A stretch of 64,000 nucleotides of DNA, from contig OZ253545.1 in NCBI GenBank assembly GCA_965262615.1, positions 1,478,259 to 1,542,258 on the forward strand, given 5' to 3'. Made by a program: the position numbers and the translations under genes. Below, in pieces: positions 1 to 9,922 of the stretch; position 1 is the first letter of the stretch, and every line of letters begins with the position of its first letter. The notes beneath the pieces were generated by a model. That model made no database searches. It was not told the origin of the DNA and saw nothing but the letters and a program-made list of their open reading frames with translations. This stretch comes from Alphaproteobacteria bacterium (GTDB taxonomy: Bacteria > Pseudomonadota > Alphaproteobacteria > GM7ARS4 > G965262615).

Positions 1-116
1 CTGTCGCTCGCGGCGCGCGCCCAGCGCATGGAATCTGCCGTAATCACCAGCCGCACCACTTTCATGGGAAAGGCTTCGGCAAAACTATCCACCACATAAA
101 TGCCGTTACGCTTCAT
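1..116 (-). CDS. fhcD: Formylmethanofuran:H4MPT formyltransferase (Fhc subunit D), 5' end; runs off the window
   Basis: ATG at 116 gives MKRNGIYVVDSFAEAFPMKVVRLVITADSMRWARAAS, the typical Ftr/FhcD N-terminus (D-[TS]-FAEAF); follows fhcBA. Confidence 0.85.
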   Translation of the reverse strand, partial: MKRNGIYVVDSFAEAFPMKVVRLVITADSMRWARAASD

Positions 117-342
117 GATGCCTTAAACCACTTGTTGGTGATGTCATGACGCACTGCCCCACCCAACTCACCAACTGCTTGCCCAGTGTGGACGACATGG
201 AAAACACCAGAACCGACACCCCCACCATGCTGTCGCTCGCGGCGCGCGCCCAGCGCATAGAATCTGCCGTGACCAACCGCACCACCTTCATGGGAAAGGC
301 TTCGGCAAAACTATCCACCACATAAATGCCGTTACGCTTCAT
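106..342 (-). pseudogene. Internally deleted duplicate of the fhcD 5' region (open 78-aa mini-ORF)
   Basis: 230-350 repeats 1-124; continues VSVLVF..VGQCVMTSPT, which lies further downstream in FhcD, so a block is deleted in frame; ATG overlaps the fhcA stop. Confidence 0.75.
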
Positions 343-1976
343 GATGCCTTCGCAAAACCACTGCCTTCTAAGCCGCAAAAAACCTCATCCCCCACCATCG
401 CTTCGTCATAGGAACTGCCCAAATGATGGCGATAATAGGCATCAATGTCTTTCATATCCTGACGATCCACCGCAAAAGACGCATAGTGAGTTGCCCCCGC
501 CACACTGTCCACCACCTTGCCATCCCTGACCACCAACTGTCCTTTTTTGAAAACATAGCGCGGCGAGGCAAACATCTGCTCAAAATCGCCTTCCTTGCGA
601 TACACGGCAACATCCGCCTGTGCCGTCACGCCCAAGTGTCCCAAATGGGACAAGCCCAAAATACGAGCAGGCCCCGCGCGCGTCATGATGGCAATCTCAT
701 ACAAGCTGTATTCGCGCTGCAATGACGGCAGCACCGATGCTTTGACCGCCGCGGGCGATAGTGTCTGCATGACATCGGCGCGAAAGGAGCGATCCATCAA
801 CAAGCGCATCAAATGAGGATAGCAGGTAAAGGGCGCACCGTTGGGATGGTCGGTGGTGAGAAACACCCGCCATGGGTCATCCACCAACAAAAACAACTCA
901 AGACCAATCAGCCACTGCAGTGCGTTCACAAAATGACGATCCCGATAGCGAAATGGCACAGCACCGCACCCTCCCTGACACTCAATATCCATGCAAAACG
1001 ATTTCTTCGGCGAGGCAATGGAGCGCGCCCCATGCTGATGCATGATATCCGCCGATATGGTGACCGTCTGTCCAAACATAATCTGCCCCACATCAATGGT
1101 GATGTTTTTATTGGCATTGACGGCTTCGGCAATGGGTGCGGCGGCGGATGAAAAATTTCTGTCTCCTTCATCACCGTATGAATGAAACTGCACATGGGTG
1201 AGATGAAGGGGCAATCCCGAGACGGCATCAATGGTTTTAAGGGTGCTTGCCACATTGCCGGGGATTCCCAAATTACACCCGTGCAAATGCAACGGATGCG
1301 GCACGCCCAATTCATGAACGGCGCGCGTGAGAGTCAAAAGCACATCGCGCGGCGTGATGTCATAATGGTGATTTTTCTCATCCAAGTCCAAACTGCGCTG
1401 ATTGAACTTGAAGGCATTGATGCCCCCCGGATTGACCACCTTGATGGCAAGAGCTTTAGATGACTGCAAAATAAAGGCGACATAATTATTGATTTCTTGC
1501 TGCGAAGCTTTACGGCTGATGAGGCGCAACAGGAAGTCATCATTTCCCATGACGGCGTAGCATCCCTTGTCCAAAAGGGGGACATCATCCAGCTCGCAAT
1601 GAGTCTGGCGGGCATTGACGGGAATCATGGCGGGCTCAAAGGCGGCGGTGAATCCCATTTCCGCATAGCGATAGCCAGTGGCAAAGCTGGTCATGGTGGC
1701 TTCGCCACTGCCCAAGCGAAAGGAGGGGGAACGGTCATGACAATCCCCACTGTGAAGTTCGGGCAGCAACATGCGAGCAATGTTCAGCTTGCCGCCCGCA
1801 ATATGACTGTGAATATCAATGCCGCCCGCCATGATTATATGGTCGGTCACATCAATTTCTTGGTCACACGCGGTGTCATCAACAATGACCCCGTCCGCCA
1901 TCACCACATCCGCCACCTCACCATTGCGCTGATGGGCGGGGTCGTAAATCGTTCCACCTTTGAGTTTGATTCTCAT
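339..1976 (-). CDS. fhcA: Formyltransferase/hydrolase complex subunit A (FwdA-like amidohydrolase)
   Basis: 545 aa; IDIHSHIAGG, IKVVNPGG, HPLHLHGCNLG, HLTHVQFHSYG, TTDHPNG motifs. Confidence 0.95.
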   Translation of the reverse strand: MRIKLKGGTIYDPAHQRNGEVADVVMADGVIVDDTACDQEIDVTDHIIMAGGIDIHSHIAGGKLNIARMLLPELHSGDCHDRSPSFRLGSGEATMTSFATGYRYAEMGFTAAFEPAMIPVNARQTHCELDDVPLLDKGCYAVMGNDDFLLRLISRKASQQEINNYVAFILQSSKALAIKVVNPGGINAFKFNQRSLDLDEKNHHYDITPRDVLLTLTRAVHELGVPHPLHLHGCNLGIPGNVASTLKTIDAVSGLPLHLTHVQFHSYGDEGDRNFSSAAAPIAEAVNANKNITIDVGQIMFGQTVTISADIMHQHGARSIASPKKSFCMDIECQGGCGAVPFRYRDRHFVNALQWLIGLELFLLVDDPWRVFLTTDHPNGAPFTCYPHLMRLLMDRSFRADVMQTLSPAAVKASVLPSLQREYSLYEIAIMTRAGPARILGLSHLGHLGVTAQADVAVYRKEGDFEQMFASPRYVFKKGQLVVRDGKVVDSVAGATHYASFAVDRQDMKDIDAYYRHHLGSSYDEAMVGDEVFCGLEGSGFAKAS

Positions 1977-3175
1977 GGCATCGCCTGCCGCAATTGGCGA
2001 CAGATTTGCGCCACCGAAGGCACAGAGGATGAACGCATCGCCTTGAGATGAAGAGAGCTCGCGCCATCGCCGCGCATCACAATGCCCGAGCCCGTCACGC
2101 CTGATGTGGCACAGGGCAAATAAACATTTGTTGTGGCATCACACGCCATGCCCTCTCTGCCAAGCACAATGGATGCCACACCGCTCTTTTGTGGCGGCAC
2201 ATGAGTTTCATCCCACTCATCCACCCACACAAGAACATCCACCGCCCCATCGGCAAGCAGAGAATCGGTATCATAAAGGTGAGGTTCATGGCGAATGGTG
2301 CGTCCGCCGTAGGAGACACGCGACGGATAGCCGCTCTGCCATGTGGTCACCTGCACCGCTCCCGCGCCATTGCCGCCACCGCCCAAAGGCAGACAGATGG
2401 CACGCTGCGTCAAATTCAAACGATCCACCCATGATGCCACAAACTCAAAAGCCATTTCGCCGTCCATCAGTGAGATGCCCCCACCCACCCATATAAAAGT
2501 CGCATAGGAAGAGTGCTTGAGAACACGCGTGAACTCACCCACGATTGTGTCCTTGCCAAAAACAGAGGCAAGGCGCGGCGGAATGGGTTGTTCTTCATAG
2601 TGCATGCGCCATAAGGTCAGAGCATCCATCAATTGCTCCCTCGTCACCGACCACGAATGGGAATAATCACCAAGCCCCTCACCCAACAAGAGAATGTCAC
2701 GCTGAGAGACAAAAGAATGAGACGAATTCAAACACATCTCATTGAGGCGAGGCGGAATGGCATCAGTTCCATTGGGTGCAATGACAACAATCACATCGGA
2801 GCGATTGCGACACTCATGAATCGTGCCTCCATAATAACCCCGACTTTGCAACACTCTGGCATTCACCATGACCCCTTCGGAGTGATCCATGATGCCGCCC
2901 GTCAGTTCCGCCAGTGCGGTGATTCCTTTGATGCCGGCGACATCGGTCGCCAAGCCCGCAAACAACGGGGCATGGGATTGCGCCAACAAATGAGCGGCAT
3001 GGGTCACCGCCTCATCCCATGACACCACCTTGCCCTTGATGCGTGGCTCGCTCGTGCCATGATGAGCAAACCCACGCGCCGCCCACGAACACACCGAATC
3101 GGCAACGCTCCCTTCATCATCAACAGGCAAACCACCGCAGCCCAAAGAGCAAAATGGACAATTCACTTCAGTCAT
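1973..3175 (-). CDS. fhcB: Formyltransferase/hydrolase complex subunit B (FwdB-like)
   Basis: N-terminal CPFCSLGC, PLFAGLATDV, TWQSGYP; directly upstream of fhcA. Confidence 0.88.
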   Translation of the reverse strand: MTEVNCPFCSLGCGGLPVDDEGSVADSVCSWAARGFAHHGTSEPRIKGKVVSWDEAVTHAAHLLAQSHAPLFAGLATDVAGIKGITALAELTGGIMDHSEGVMVNARVLQSRGYYGGTIHECRNRSDVIVVIAPNGTDAIPPRLNEMCLNSSHSFVSQRDILLLGEGLGDYSHSWSVTREQLMDALTLWRMHYEEQPIPPRLASVFGKDTIVGEFTRVLKHSSYATFIWVGGGISLMDGEMAFEFVASWVDRLNLTQRAICLPLGGGGNGAGAVQVTTWQSGYPSRVSYGGRTIRHEPHLYDTDSLLADGAVDVLVWVDEWDETHVPPQKSGVASIVLGREGMACDATTNVYLPCATSGVTGSGIVMRGDGASSLHLKAMRSSSVPSVAQICRQLRQAMP

Positions 3176-3550
3176 TTATGACTCATACTTGATGTAGGCA
3201 AAACGAGCATCGGACGGCGTTCCCTCAAGACTTCCCTCGCCATCGGGATGCCAGCCGATGACCTCTTCAATTTTTTGGGCAAGGGCAAAATCCTTTTCGG
3301 TGATGCCCTTAGCACTGTGGCTTTTCAGCCGCACCTCCACCCACGCGTAGGATGCGGTGATGTCTGGATGATGCCACGCCGCCTCCGCCAGATGTCCCAC
3401 CGTGGTGATGACCATCAGCGTCCCCTTCCAACTGTGAGTCTTGTAGGTGCGGCGCAACCACCCGTCCTCATAGCGCCAGTGAGGCAATTGTGCCAAACGA
3501 GTCGCAATCGCCTCATCCGTGATGACTGTTTCCTTATTCATCATGACCAT
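3176..3550 (-). CDS. Pterin-4-alpha-carbinolamine dehydratase family protein
   Basis: AEAAWHHPDI and SHSAKGITEKDFALA motifs; common in H4MPT clusters. Confidence 0.88.
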   Translation of the reverse strand: MVMMNKETVITDEAIATRLAQLPHWRYEDGWLRRTYKTHSWKGTLMVITTVGHLAEAAWHHPDITASYAWVEVRLKSHSAKGITEKDFALAQKIEEVIGWHPDGEGSLEGTPSDARFAYIKYES

Positions 3551-3600
3551 CTCCTTTGTTATTCTTTACCATAAAACACAGCTTCGCTATAGAACATCTT

Positions 3601-4584
3601 ATGCCACTGTCTCACAAGAATAAAGCCCCTCAAAGTGCCCCTCAAAGCATATGTGTTCATGCGCCGTGTCGGTTGCACTTTGGCTTTTTGTCGTGGGGGG
3701 AAAAGAGTCGTCACTTTGGCAGTTTGGGCATGACGCTGGCACAGTCGTGCATTCGCGTGACCGCGCGCCGTCACACCCATGATGATCTTGATGATGACAT
3801 CGCCGCTGTGGTTGCCCTCTATCAGCAACACATGCGCGTCCCTTCCCTTCACATGCGCTGCCAGCATGACAATGTGGTTCATCAGGGCTTGGGCAGTGGT
3901 ACGCAATGGCATTTGGCGGTGGGCATGGCGTGTGCCATCATGGCGGGTGAGAAAACATCACCTCGCCACATCATGTTGCTGGCAAACAGAGGCAAGCGTT
4001 CAGGCATTGGCTTGGCTGCCTTTGAGGGTGGCGGTGTCTTGCTGGATGGCGGCGTTCATCCCGCTCGCCCCAACCCACCGCCGCTGTTGTGTCGTCACGA
4101 TTTTCCTGATGAGTGGCGGGTGTTGCTCATTCAAGATGACCATCACACGGGAATCTTCGGCACAGAGGAAAAAAGTGCCTTTGACAACCTGTCCGCCAGC
4201 ACGCCACATCAATCGGCAAATTTGTGTAAAGTCACCATGCTGGAGACTCTGCCCGCATTGCTGGAGCGTGATTTCATCACCTTTAGTCGCGGGGTGCGTC
4301 TGTTGCAAACAGCCATGATTGATGCCTTTGCCTCCTCACAAGGCGGCAGCTATCGCTCGCCAGAAGTGGCAAAAGCATTGACATGGCTCGCGAAAAACGG
4401 TGTTGTCGGATTGGGACAAAGCTCCTGGGGCCCCAGTGGCTTTGCCCTGTTCGCTGACGAAAAAAAGGCTCAAGACATGAAAAAACAATTGCAAAAAAAT
4501 CACCCCACCCTTATGATGCGCGTGGTGCGCGGGCAAAACCACGGTGCAACCATCACAACCGAAGATCATAATTACGGAGAATAA
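3601..4584 (+). CDS. mptG: Beta-ribofuranosylaminobenzene 5'-phosphate synthase (GHMP family)
   Basis: APCRLHFGF, HQGLGSGTQ, RGKRSGIG, GQSSWGP motifs; ATG 3601 chosen as start. Confidence 0.9.
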   Translation: MPLSHKNKAPQSAPQSICVHAPCRLHFGFLSWGEKSRHFGSLGMTLAQSCIRVTARRHTHDDLDDDIAAVVALYQQHMRVPSLHMRCQHDNVVHQGLGSGTQWHLAVGMACAIMAGEKTSPRHIMLLANRGKRSGIGLAAFEGGGVLLDGGVHPARPNPPPLLCRHDFPDEWRVLLIQDDHHTGIFGTEEKSAFDNLSASTPHQSANLCKVTMLETLPALLERDFITFSRGVRLLQTAMIDAFASSQGGSYRSPEVAKALTWLAKNGVVGLGQSSWGPSGFALFADEKKAQDMKKQLQKNHPTLMMRVVRGQNHGATITTEDHNYGE

Positions 4585-4586
4585 TC

Positions 4587-5480
4587 ATGACTAAAAAAAT
4601 TCTGCACATGGTGAGCCCAACAGCCTATGCCAGTCCTTTTGATGTCAACATGGCGTATGATGCGGGCTTTGATGCGGTGATGGCTTATGGGCATGTGAGC
4701 GATGCCGCTGCGGTGGGTGCCATCACGCAAGATATCATTTTTTCTCGCTCGGTGAAGGACGCTCGCAACATGGGGCTGTTTATTGGCGGCAAGGATGTGG
4801 TGCTGGCATTGGACATGCTGGAAGCCTCCCAAAAAGCCATGGTGCCGCCGTTTGAAATATCGGTCTTTCCCGACCCCGCCGGATCATTCACAACGGCGGC
4901 GGCGATGGTGGCATGCAGTGAGAAAATTCTCAAAGATGAATTCAAGTGTGATTTCTCAAATCTTGCGGTGAGTATCTATGGCGGCAAGGGCATTGTGGGC
5001 GGCGTTGCCGCCATTTTGTGTGCTCAAGCAGGAGCGCGCGTCACCATCATCGGCTATGACGGCAAAGAGTCGGTGGCGGAAAAAGCCGCCATCTACAAAG
5101 AACGCTTTGGCGTTGAGGTGATGCCCGCCGATGGCAGCTCCGATGACAAAAACACCGCACTCCTCACCAATGCCGATGTCATTTTTTGTGCGGCACGAGC
5201 AGGCACACAAGTTCTCAGCAAGGAGCAAATGAAACACGCTCAATCCATGAAAGTCGCCGCCGATGCCAATGCCGTCCCCCCCGCAGGCATTGAGGGCGTT
5301 GACTTCAATGACAACAAAAAACCACTCTTGAACGGCTTTGCCCTTGGCCCTCTGTCTTTTGGCGATATAAAAATCAAAACCCAGCGCGCCATGCTGCAAG
5401 AAATGAGTCAGAGCGAGAAACCTCTTTATCTCAATTTTGATGCGGCGGCGCGCACCGCACGCGCCATTGTGGGTGTCTGA
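4587..5480 (+). CDS. mtdB: NAD(P)-dependent methylene-H4MPT dehydrogenase
   Basis: ILHM..SPFDVNMAYDAG, QDIIFSR, DPAGSFTT, DANAVPPAGIEG. Confidence 0.92.
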   Translation: MTKKILHMVSPTAYASPFDVNMAYDAGFDAVMAYGHVSDAAAVGAITQDIIFSRSVKDARNMGLFIGGKDVVLALDMLEASQKAMVPPFEISVFPDPAGSFTTAAAMVACSEKILKDEFKCDFSNLAVSIYGGKGIVGGVAAILCAQAGARVTIIGYDGKESVAEKAAIYKERFGVEVMPADGSSDDKNTALLTNADVIFCAARAGTQVLSKEQMKHAQSMKVAADANAVPPAGIEGVDFNDNKKPLLNGFALGPLSFGDIKIKTQRAMLQEMSQSEKPLYLNFDAAARTARAIVGV

Positions 5481-6573
5481 GTGCGTCATTGTCATCGCCG
5501 CCAGTGGCAGAATGATTGCCGAAGCCTGTCATCAATCCGGCATTGCCTCGTGGGTCATTGAACGCTATCCCAGTGCCGACACCGCCCAATTTGCCGAACG
5601 CACCGCTTGTCCCTCACAATGGAATCATCACACCCTGCGCGACTGTCTGCATCAGTGGGACCCTCGCCAAGCCATGCCCATCGTCTATGGCAGTCCTCTG
5701 GATGACGATGACCAGCTGAGCGACCTCATCGGCAAGCGTCTCACTCACGGAACACAACCCGAGAACCTGCACAGCTTACACCATCCGCAAAAGTTTTTTT
5801 CCTTGCTGGCACAGCATAGAATTCCCCATCCGCCCGTCAGTTTCACAAAGCCTCATGAAAGCGGATGGCTCATCAAGGATATGCGCCGCAGTGGCGGAGA
5901 GGGAATTCAGCACGACACACCCGCCATGACAGCAACATCCGCCAGTCAATACTATCAAAAACGCGTGAGCGGTGAAGCCTATGGATTTTCGTTCATCGCT
6001 CACACCGATGGCATACACCCCATCGGCTACAATCGCATCATCACCCACGATGTGTCACCGTTCCCCATGCGTCTGCGCGCATTGGAAGAGATTGCCTCGT
6101 CCACACTGCCCTTGCACACGCGCCAAACCATAGAACACTGGGCGACATGTCTCTCGCAAGACCAACAATGGCGAGGCATCTGCACGATGGATGTCATGAT
6201 TCACAATGATGTGGCACTCTTGTTGGAGGTCAATGCCCGTCCTGGACACAATCTGGATATTCATGGGACGCGCGCCCCTCTCATGCGGTGGCATCGTGAG
6301 GCAAGTGAAAATCGTCCTTTTGTGCCGTCACCATTGTCTCCTCCATCATCTCGGCGCGCCATGATCATCCTCTATGCCGACAACACCCACACCATCACGC
6401 GCCCTTATGACATGGCGTTTGTGAAAGACCAGCCCCTCGTGCCATCGGTGATGGCGCGCGGCGAGCCTCTCTGCACCATTCACGCGGCGCATCCATCCAA
6501 ACCCTATGAGAAAGCATTAGGATACCTTGACCTCATGATGAAAAAACTTCACGATGAACCTCTGATGCCATGA
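5473..6573 (+). CDS. ATP-grasp protein OrfY of the H4MPT cluster
   Basis: WLIK..SGG.GI, YYQKRVSG, LLEVNARP; lies between mtdB and mch; GTG start inferred. Confidence 0.8.
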   Translation: MSECVIVIAASGRMIAEACHQSGIASWVIERYPSADTAQFAERTACPSQWNHHTLRDCLHQWDPRQAMPIVYGSPLDDDDQLSDLIGKRLTHGTQPENLHSLHHPQKFFSLLAQHRIPHPPVSFTKPHESGWLIKDMRRSGGEGIQHDTPAMTATSASQYYQKRVSGEAYGFSFIAHTDGIHPIGYNRIITHDVSPFPMRLRALEEIASSTLPLHTRQTIEHWATCLSQDQQWRGICTMDVMIHNDVALLLEVNARPGHNLDIHGTRAPLMRWHREASENRPFVPSPLSPPSSRRAMIILYADNTHTITRPYDMAFVKDQPLVPSVMARGEPLCTIHAAHPSKPYEKALGYLDLMMKKLHDEPLMP

Positions 6574-7523
6574 GCACCCAACGCCCCCTCCCCAATGTCT
6601 GTGATGCCGTTCGCCCTTTGGTGAATGACCTCGCACAGCGCGCCGATGAATACGGCGTGTTGGTCAGTAAGGGCGCGAATGGATGCACCATCATTGATTG
6701 CGGCATTGAGTGTCACGGCAGCATGCGAACGGGGTTGCGCGTGGCAGAAATTTGCATGGGCGGCTTGGGACACATCACCCACACCGCCTCGCAACAAGGC
6801 TTGGGACTTCATGTGACGGCATCTCATGCCGTCATTGCCTGTTTGGGCTCGCAGTATGCGGGATGGAATCTCAGCACCAATGGCTATTATGCTCTCGCAT
6901 CAGGACCCGCGCGCGCTGTGGCACAACGAGAAGAGCTGTTTCAAGATATTGACTATCAAGCCAGCTCCACCGATGGCACACTGGTGCTGGAAGTCTCCAA
7001 GCCGCCGCCCCCAGAACTGGTCAGCAAAGCCGCCAATGATTGCAACATCAAACCCGAGCAATTAACCTTCATTCTCACGCCCACCACCAGCATTGTGGGC
7101 ACGGTGCAAATCGTGGCGCGCGTGCTGGAAGTGGCACTGCATAAAGCTCATACAGTGAAATTTGATGTGAAGCAAATTATTGATGGTGCGGCGTACGCGC
7201 CTCTGCCGCCGCCCGTTCCCGATACCATCGCCGCCATGGGACGCGCCAATGATGCCATCATCTACGGCGGCATCGCCCATCTCTTTGTGGACAGCTCCGA
7301 TAAAGATGCCAAAAATCTCGCCCGAGTCATGCCCAGCAAAAATTCACGCCATTACGGCAAGCCATTTGCTCGTATATTTAAACGATTCAAAGGAGATTTC
7401 TACGCCATTGATGGCTCCCTGTTTAGCCCTGCCCGTGTGATTGTCACCAGTCTCAAAAGTGGCAACAGCTTTGAAGCGGGGAGAGTCAATAACAAAATTC
7501 TTGCCAGAAGTTTTGGCTACTGA
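6570..7523 (+). CDS. mch: Methenyl-H4MPT cyclohydrolase
   Basis: ICMGGLG, ACLGSQYAGW, SGPARA, QIVARVLEVALHK, DFYAIDGSLFSPA. Confidence 0.96.
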   Translation: MSTQRPLPNVCDAVRPLVNDLAQRADEYGVLVSKGANGCTIIDCGIECHGSMRTGLRVAEICMGGLGHITHTASQQGLGLHVTASHAVIACLGSQYAGWNLSTNGYYALASGPARAVAQREELFQDIDYQASSTDGTLVLEVSKPPPPELVSKAANDCNIKPEQLTFILTPTTSIVGTVQIVARVLEVALHKAHTVKFDVKQIIDGAAYAPLPPPVPDTIAAMGRANDAIIYGGIAHLFVDSSDKDAKNLARVMPSKNSRHYGKPFARIFKRFKGDFYAIDGSLFSPARVIVTSLKSGNSFEAGRVNNKILARSFGY

Positions 7524-8394
7524 ACCCCTCATTCTCAGCGACCGCCCCGATTCATGCGCCGTGCAATTGCAACGAGCCCTGCACAGTGCCATTCCCATCA
7601 TTCCCCCCATCATTCCATATGACCGCCTTGCCCTGACTCATCACGGCATTGAATTAGACGACACACCCATTCAGCCCGCCTTTGTGTTGGCGCGCTTTAT
7701 TGCCAAAGGCTCACTGGAAGCTATCACTCACAAGCTGTCCCTGCTTCATGCTCTCAAGGCGCGCGGCGTTCCCGTCATCAATGACCCCACCGCCATTGAA
7801 GCCACCGTGGACAAAGGAATGTGTGCGTCATTGCTGCACCATCATCGTATTCCCACCCCGCCTCACATCACCACACACAGTTATGAGCGGGCGCGGGCGT
7901 TTGTCCAAGAACAAAATCATCGCTGTATTCTCAAGCCTCTGCTGGGGGCGCGAGGCGAGGATATGCGTCTCATTGACCATGAAGATGACCTTCCGCCCCA
8001 TGACATGGGCGATGTTTTTCATCTGCAACGATTCATTCCATCCAGAACCGACGATACCCGCTGCCGTGATTGGCGCGTCTTTGTGATTGACGGCAAGGCA
8101 GTCGCCTGCATTGAACGAGAAAATGACGGCTGGCGCGCCAACATCTCGCTGGGAGGAGAGGCGCGCGCCTGCCGTCATGAAGCCGTTGAATCACTGGCAC
8201 AAAAAGCTCTTGCCTGCACATCGGCTTTTTATGGCGGAGTGGATATCATCGTGCCGCATGATGACCCCCATCACCCACTGGTGCTGGAGATCAATTCCAT
8301 TCCCGCCTGGCGAGGCATTCACGATGCCACCGACATTGCCATTCCATCCCTTTTGGCTCATGCCATTGTCACCTCTGCCCATGCGTCACACTAA
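7513..8394 (+). CDS. RimK-family ATP-grasp ligase (Orf5 of C1 cluster)
   Basis: GSLEAIT..L..LHAL, ILKPLLGARG, DWRVFV, LEINSIPAWRG; start uncertain. Confidence 0.82.
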   Translation: MATEPLILSDRPDSCAVQLQRALHSAIPIIPPIIPYDRLALTHHGIELDDTPIQPAFVLARFIAKGSLEAITHKLSLLHALKARGVPVINDPTAIEATVDKGMCASLLHHHRIPTPPHITTHSYERARAFVQEQNHRCILKPLLGARGEDMRLIDHEDDLPPHDMGDVFHLQRFIPSRTDDTRCRDWRVFVIDGKAVACIERENDGWRANISLGGEARACRHEAVESLAQKALACTSAFYGGVDIIVPHDDPHHPLVLEINSIPAWRGIHDATDIAIPSLLAHAIVTSAHASH

Positions 8395-9259
8395 AGACAC
8401 CCTGATTAATTTCTACATCAATGCTTGCTGCACCGAACTGGAGAGCCTCAAGCCCAGCAATGTGCACATCTACAGAGATGGACACGACATGGGACTGCGT
8501 GATTTTGTGCGCGCCGCCGAATGCACCGCCCCTGTGTTGCTCAATGATGAGCTCTCCTGCGGCATCCGCATGGTGCAAGCGGCACAAGCCGTCAAAGATC
8601 AATTGGGACACAATGTCAATATTGGCATCATTTTGCTCTGTGCTCCGTTGCTGCATGTGGCGTTGCATCATGATTCTTCCGCCGTGCGTTCGGCTCTTGC
8701 CGATTATCTGCGCACCGATGATGACGGCGAATGCCATGCCATCATGCGGGCGATTGCCATTGCCGCCCCATCAGGATTAGGACGCGCCGCACAGCATGAT
8801 GTGCGCGAGCCACCTCAAGTTCCGTTGCGAGAAGTCATGGCATCCGCCGCCCACTACGATTTAATCGCTCATCAATACGCTCATGATTTTGCCGATGTGT
8901 TTGACGGCGCACATTTTCTCCATGAACAAAAACGGCTCGGCATCTCCCTCACCGAAGCCACTTTGCGCAACTACCTGCGCTTTTTGGCAACCCACATGGA
9001 CAGTCACATCGTGCGCCAGCACGGCATTCAGGTGGCACACGATGTGCAAAACAAAGCAAAACAATTTCAGCGTGACATGAATCACGACTCCCTGCACCAA
9101 TGGGATCATGAGCTCAAGGAACGCCATATCAATGCCGGCACCTCCGCCGATATGACGGTCGCCAGTCAATTGTTGTATGATATCATTCACGGTGTTGCTC
9201 GCGAGCCTCATTATGATTATTGGATAAAACCTTTACACGCCAAGAAAAAAAGACTATAA
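8381..9259 (+). CDS. CitG-like triphosphoribosyl-dephospho-CoA synthase family protein (Orf7)
   Basis: ACCTELESLKPSNVH, NVNIGIILLCAPL, DSHIVRQHG, INAGTSADMTVAS. Confidence 0.85.
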   Translation: MRHTKDTLINFYINACCTELESLKPSNVHIYRDGHDMGLRDFVRAAECTAPVLLNDELSCGIRMVQAAQAVKDQLGHNVNIGIILLCAPLLHVALHHDSSAVRSALADYLRTDDDGECHAIMRAIAIAAPSGLGRAAQHDVREPPQVPLREVMASAAHYDLIAHQYAHDFADVFDGAHFLHEQKRLGISLTEATLRNYLRFLATHMDSHIVRQHGIQVAHDVQNKAKQFQRDMNHDSLHQWDHELKERHINAGTSADMTVASQLLYDIIHGVAREPHYDYWIKPLHAKKKRL

Positions 9260-9334
9260 TGATGACTTCAATCATCAGACACTCACCCTTTGCGATGGCA
9301 GTTTTGGAGGTGTGTCTATTTTCAGGAGAGAGAA

Positions 9335-9844
9335 ATGGCAAAAATCAGCAAGATGCTTGTCGGGGAAGCCCTCGTGGGAGATGGCAATGAAGTCGCACAT
9401 ATTGACTTGATTATCGGCCCTCGCGGCAGCCCAGCCGAAGATGTGTTCGCCCAAGCTTTGGTCAATCAAAAGGAAGGTGTCAACGGTCTTCTCGCCGTTG
9501 TCGCGCCCAACCTCATGACAAAGCCCGCAACGGTGATGTTTAACAAAGTGACCATCAAAAATGCCACCCAAGCGGTGCAAATGTTTGGTCCTGCTCAAGC
9601 CGCTGTGGCAAAAGCCGTCATGGATTGTGTCGAAGAAGGAACCATTCCCGACAAAGAAGCCGAAGACTTGTTCGTCAGTGTCGGTGTCTTTATCCATTGG
9701 GAAGCCAGTGACGACAAGAAAATCCAAGACTTCAACTATGAAGCGACCAAACTCGCTATTGAGCGCGCCGTCAGCGGTGAGCCCAAAGTCAAAGAAGTCT
9801 TGTCCGAACGCGGTGGTGTTGCACATCCTTTCGCTGCAAACTGA
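9335..9844 (+). CDS. fae: Formaldehyde-activating enzyme
   Basis: [39 protein letters not shown]; SD GGAGAG upstream. Confidence 0.97.
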   Translation: MAKISKMLVGEALVGDGNEVAHIDLIIGPRGSPAEDVFAQALVNQKEGVNGLLAVVAPNLMTKPATVMFNKVTIKNATQAVQMFGPAQAAVAKAVMDCVEEGTIPDKEAEDLFVSVGVFIHWEASDDKKIQDFNYEATKLAIERAVSGEPKVKEVLSERGGVAHPFAAN

Positions 9845-9865
9845 AATCCATCTCATTGATGGAAT

Positions 9866-9904
9866 AAAAGGCGGAAGAGAGCATCCATCTCTTCCGCCTT
9901 TTTT
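9866..9904 (+). terminator. Intrinsic terminator (possibly bidirectional) after fae
   Basis: Perfect inverted repeat AAAAGGCGGAAGAGA / TCTCTTCCGCCTTTT, 7-nt loop, T run. Confidence 0.9.
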
Positions 9905-9922
9905 GTGCCCTGAGACACACCC

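Noticed and set aside
339-3175. Methanogen-type Mo/W formylmethanofuran dehydrogenase
   Set aside because: Gene order and sequences match bacterial Fhc; no fwdD/F/G-type genes are adjacent.
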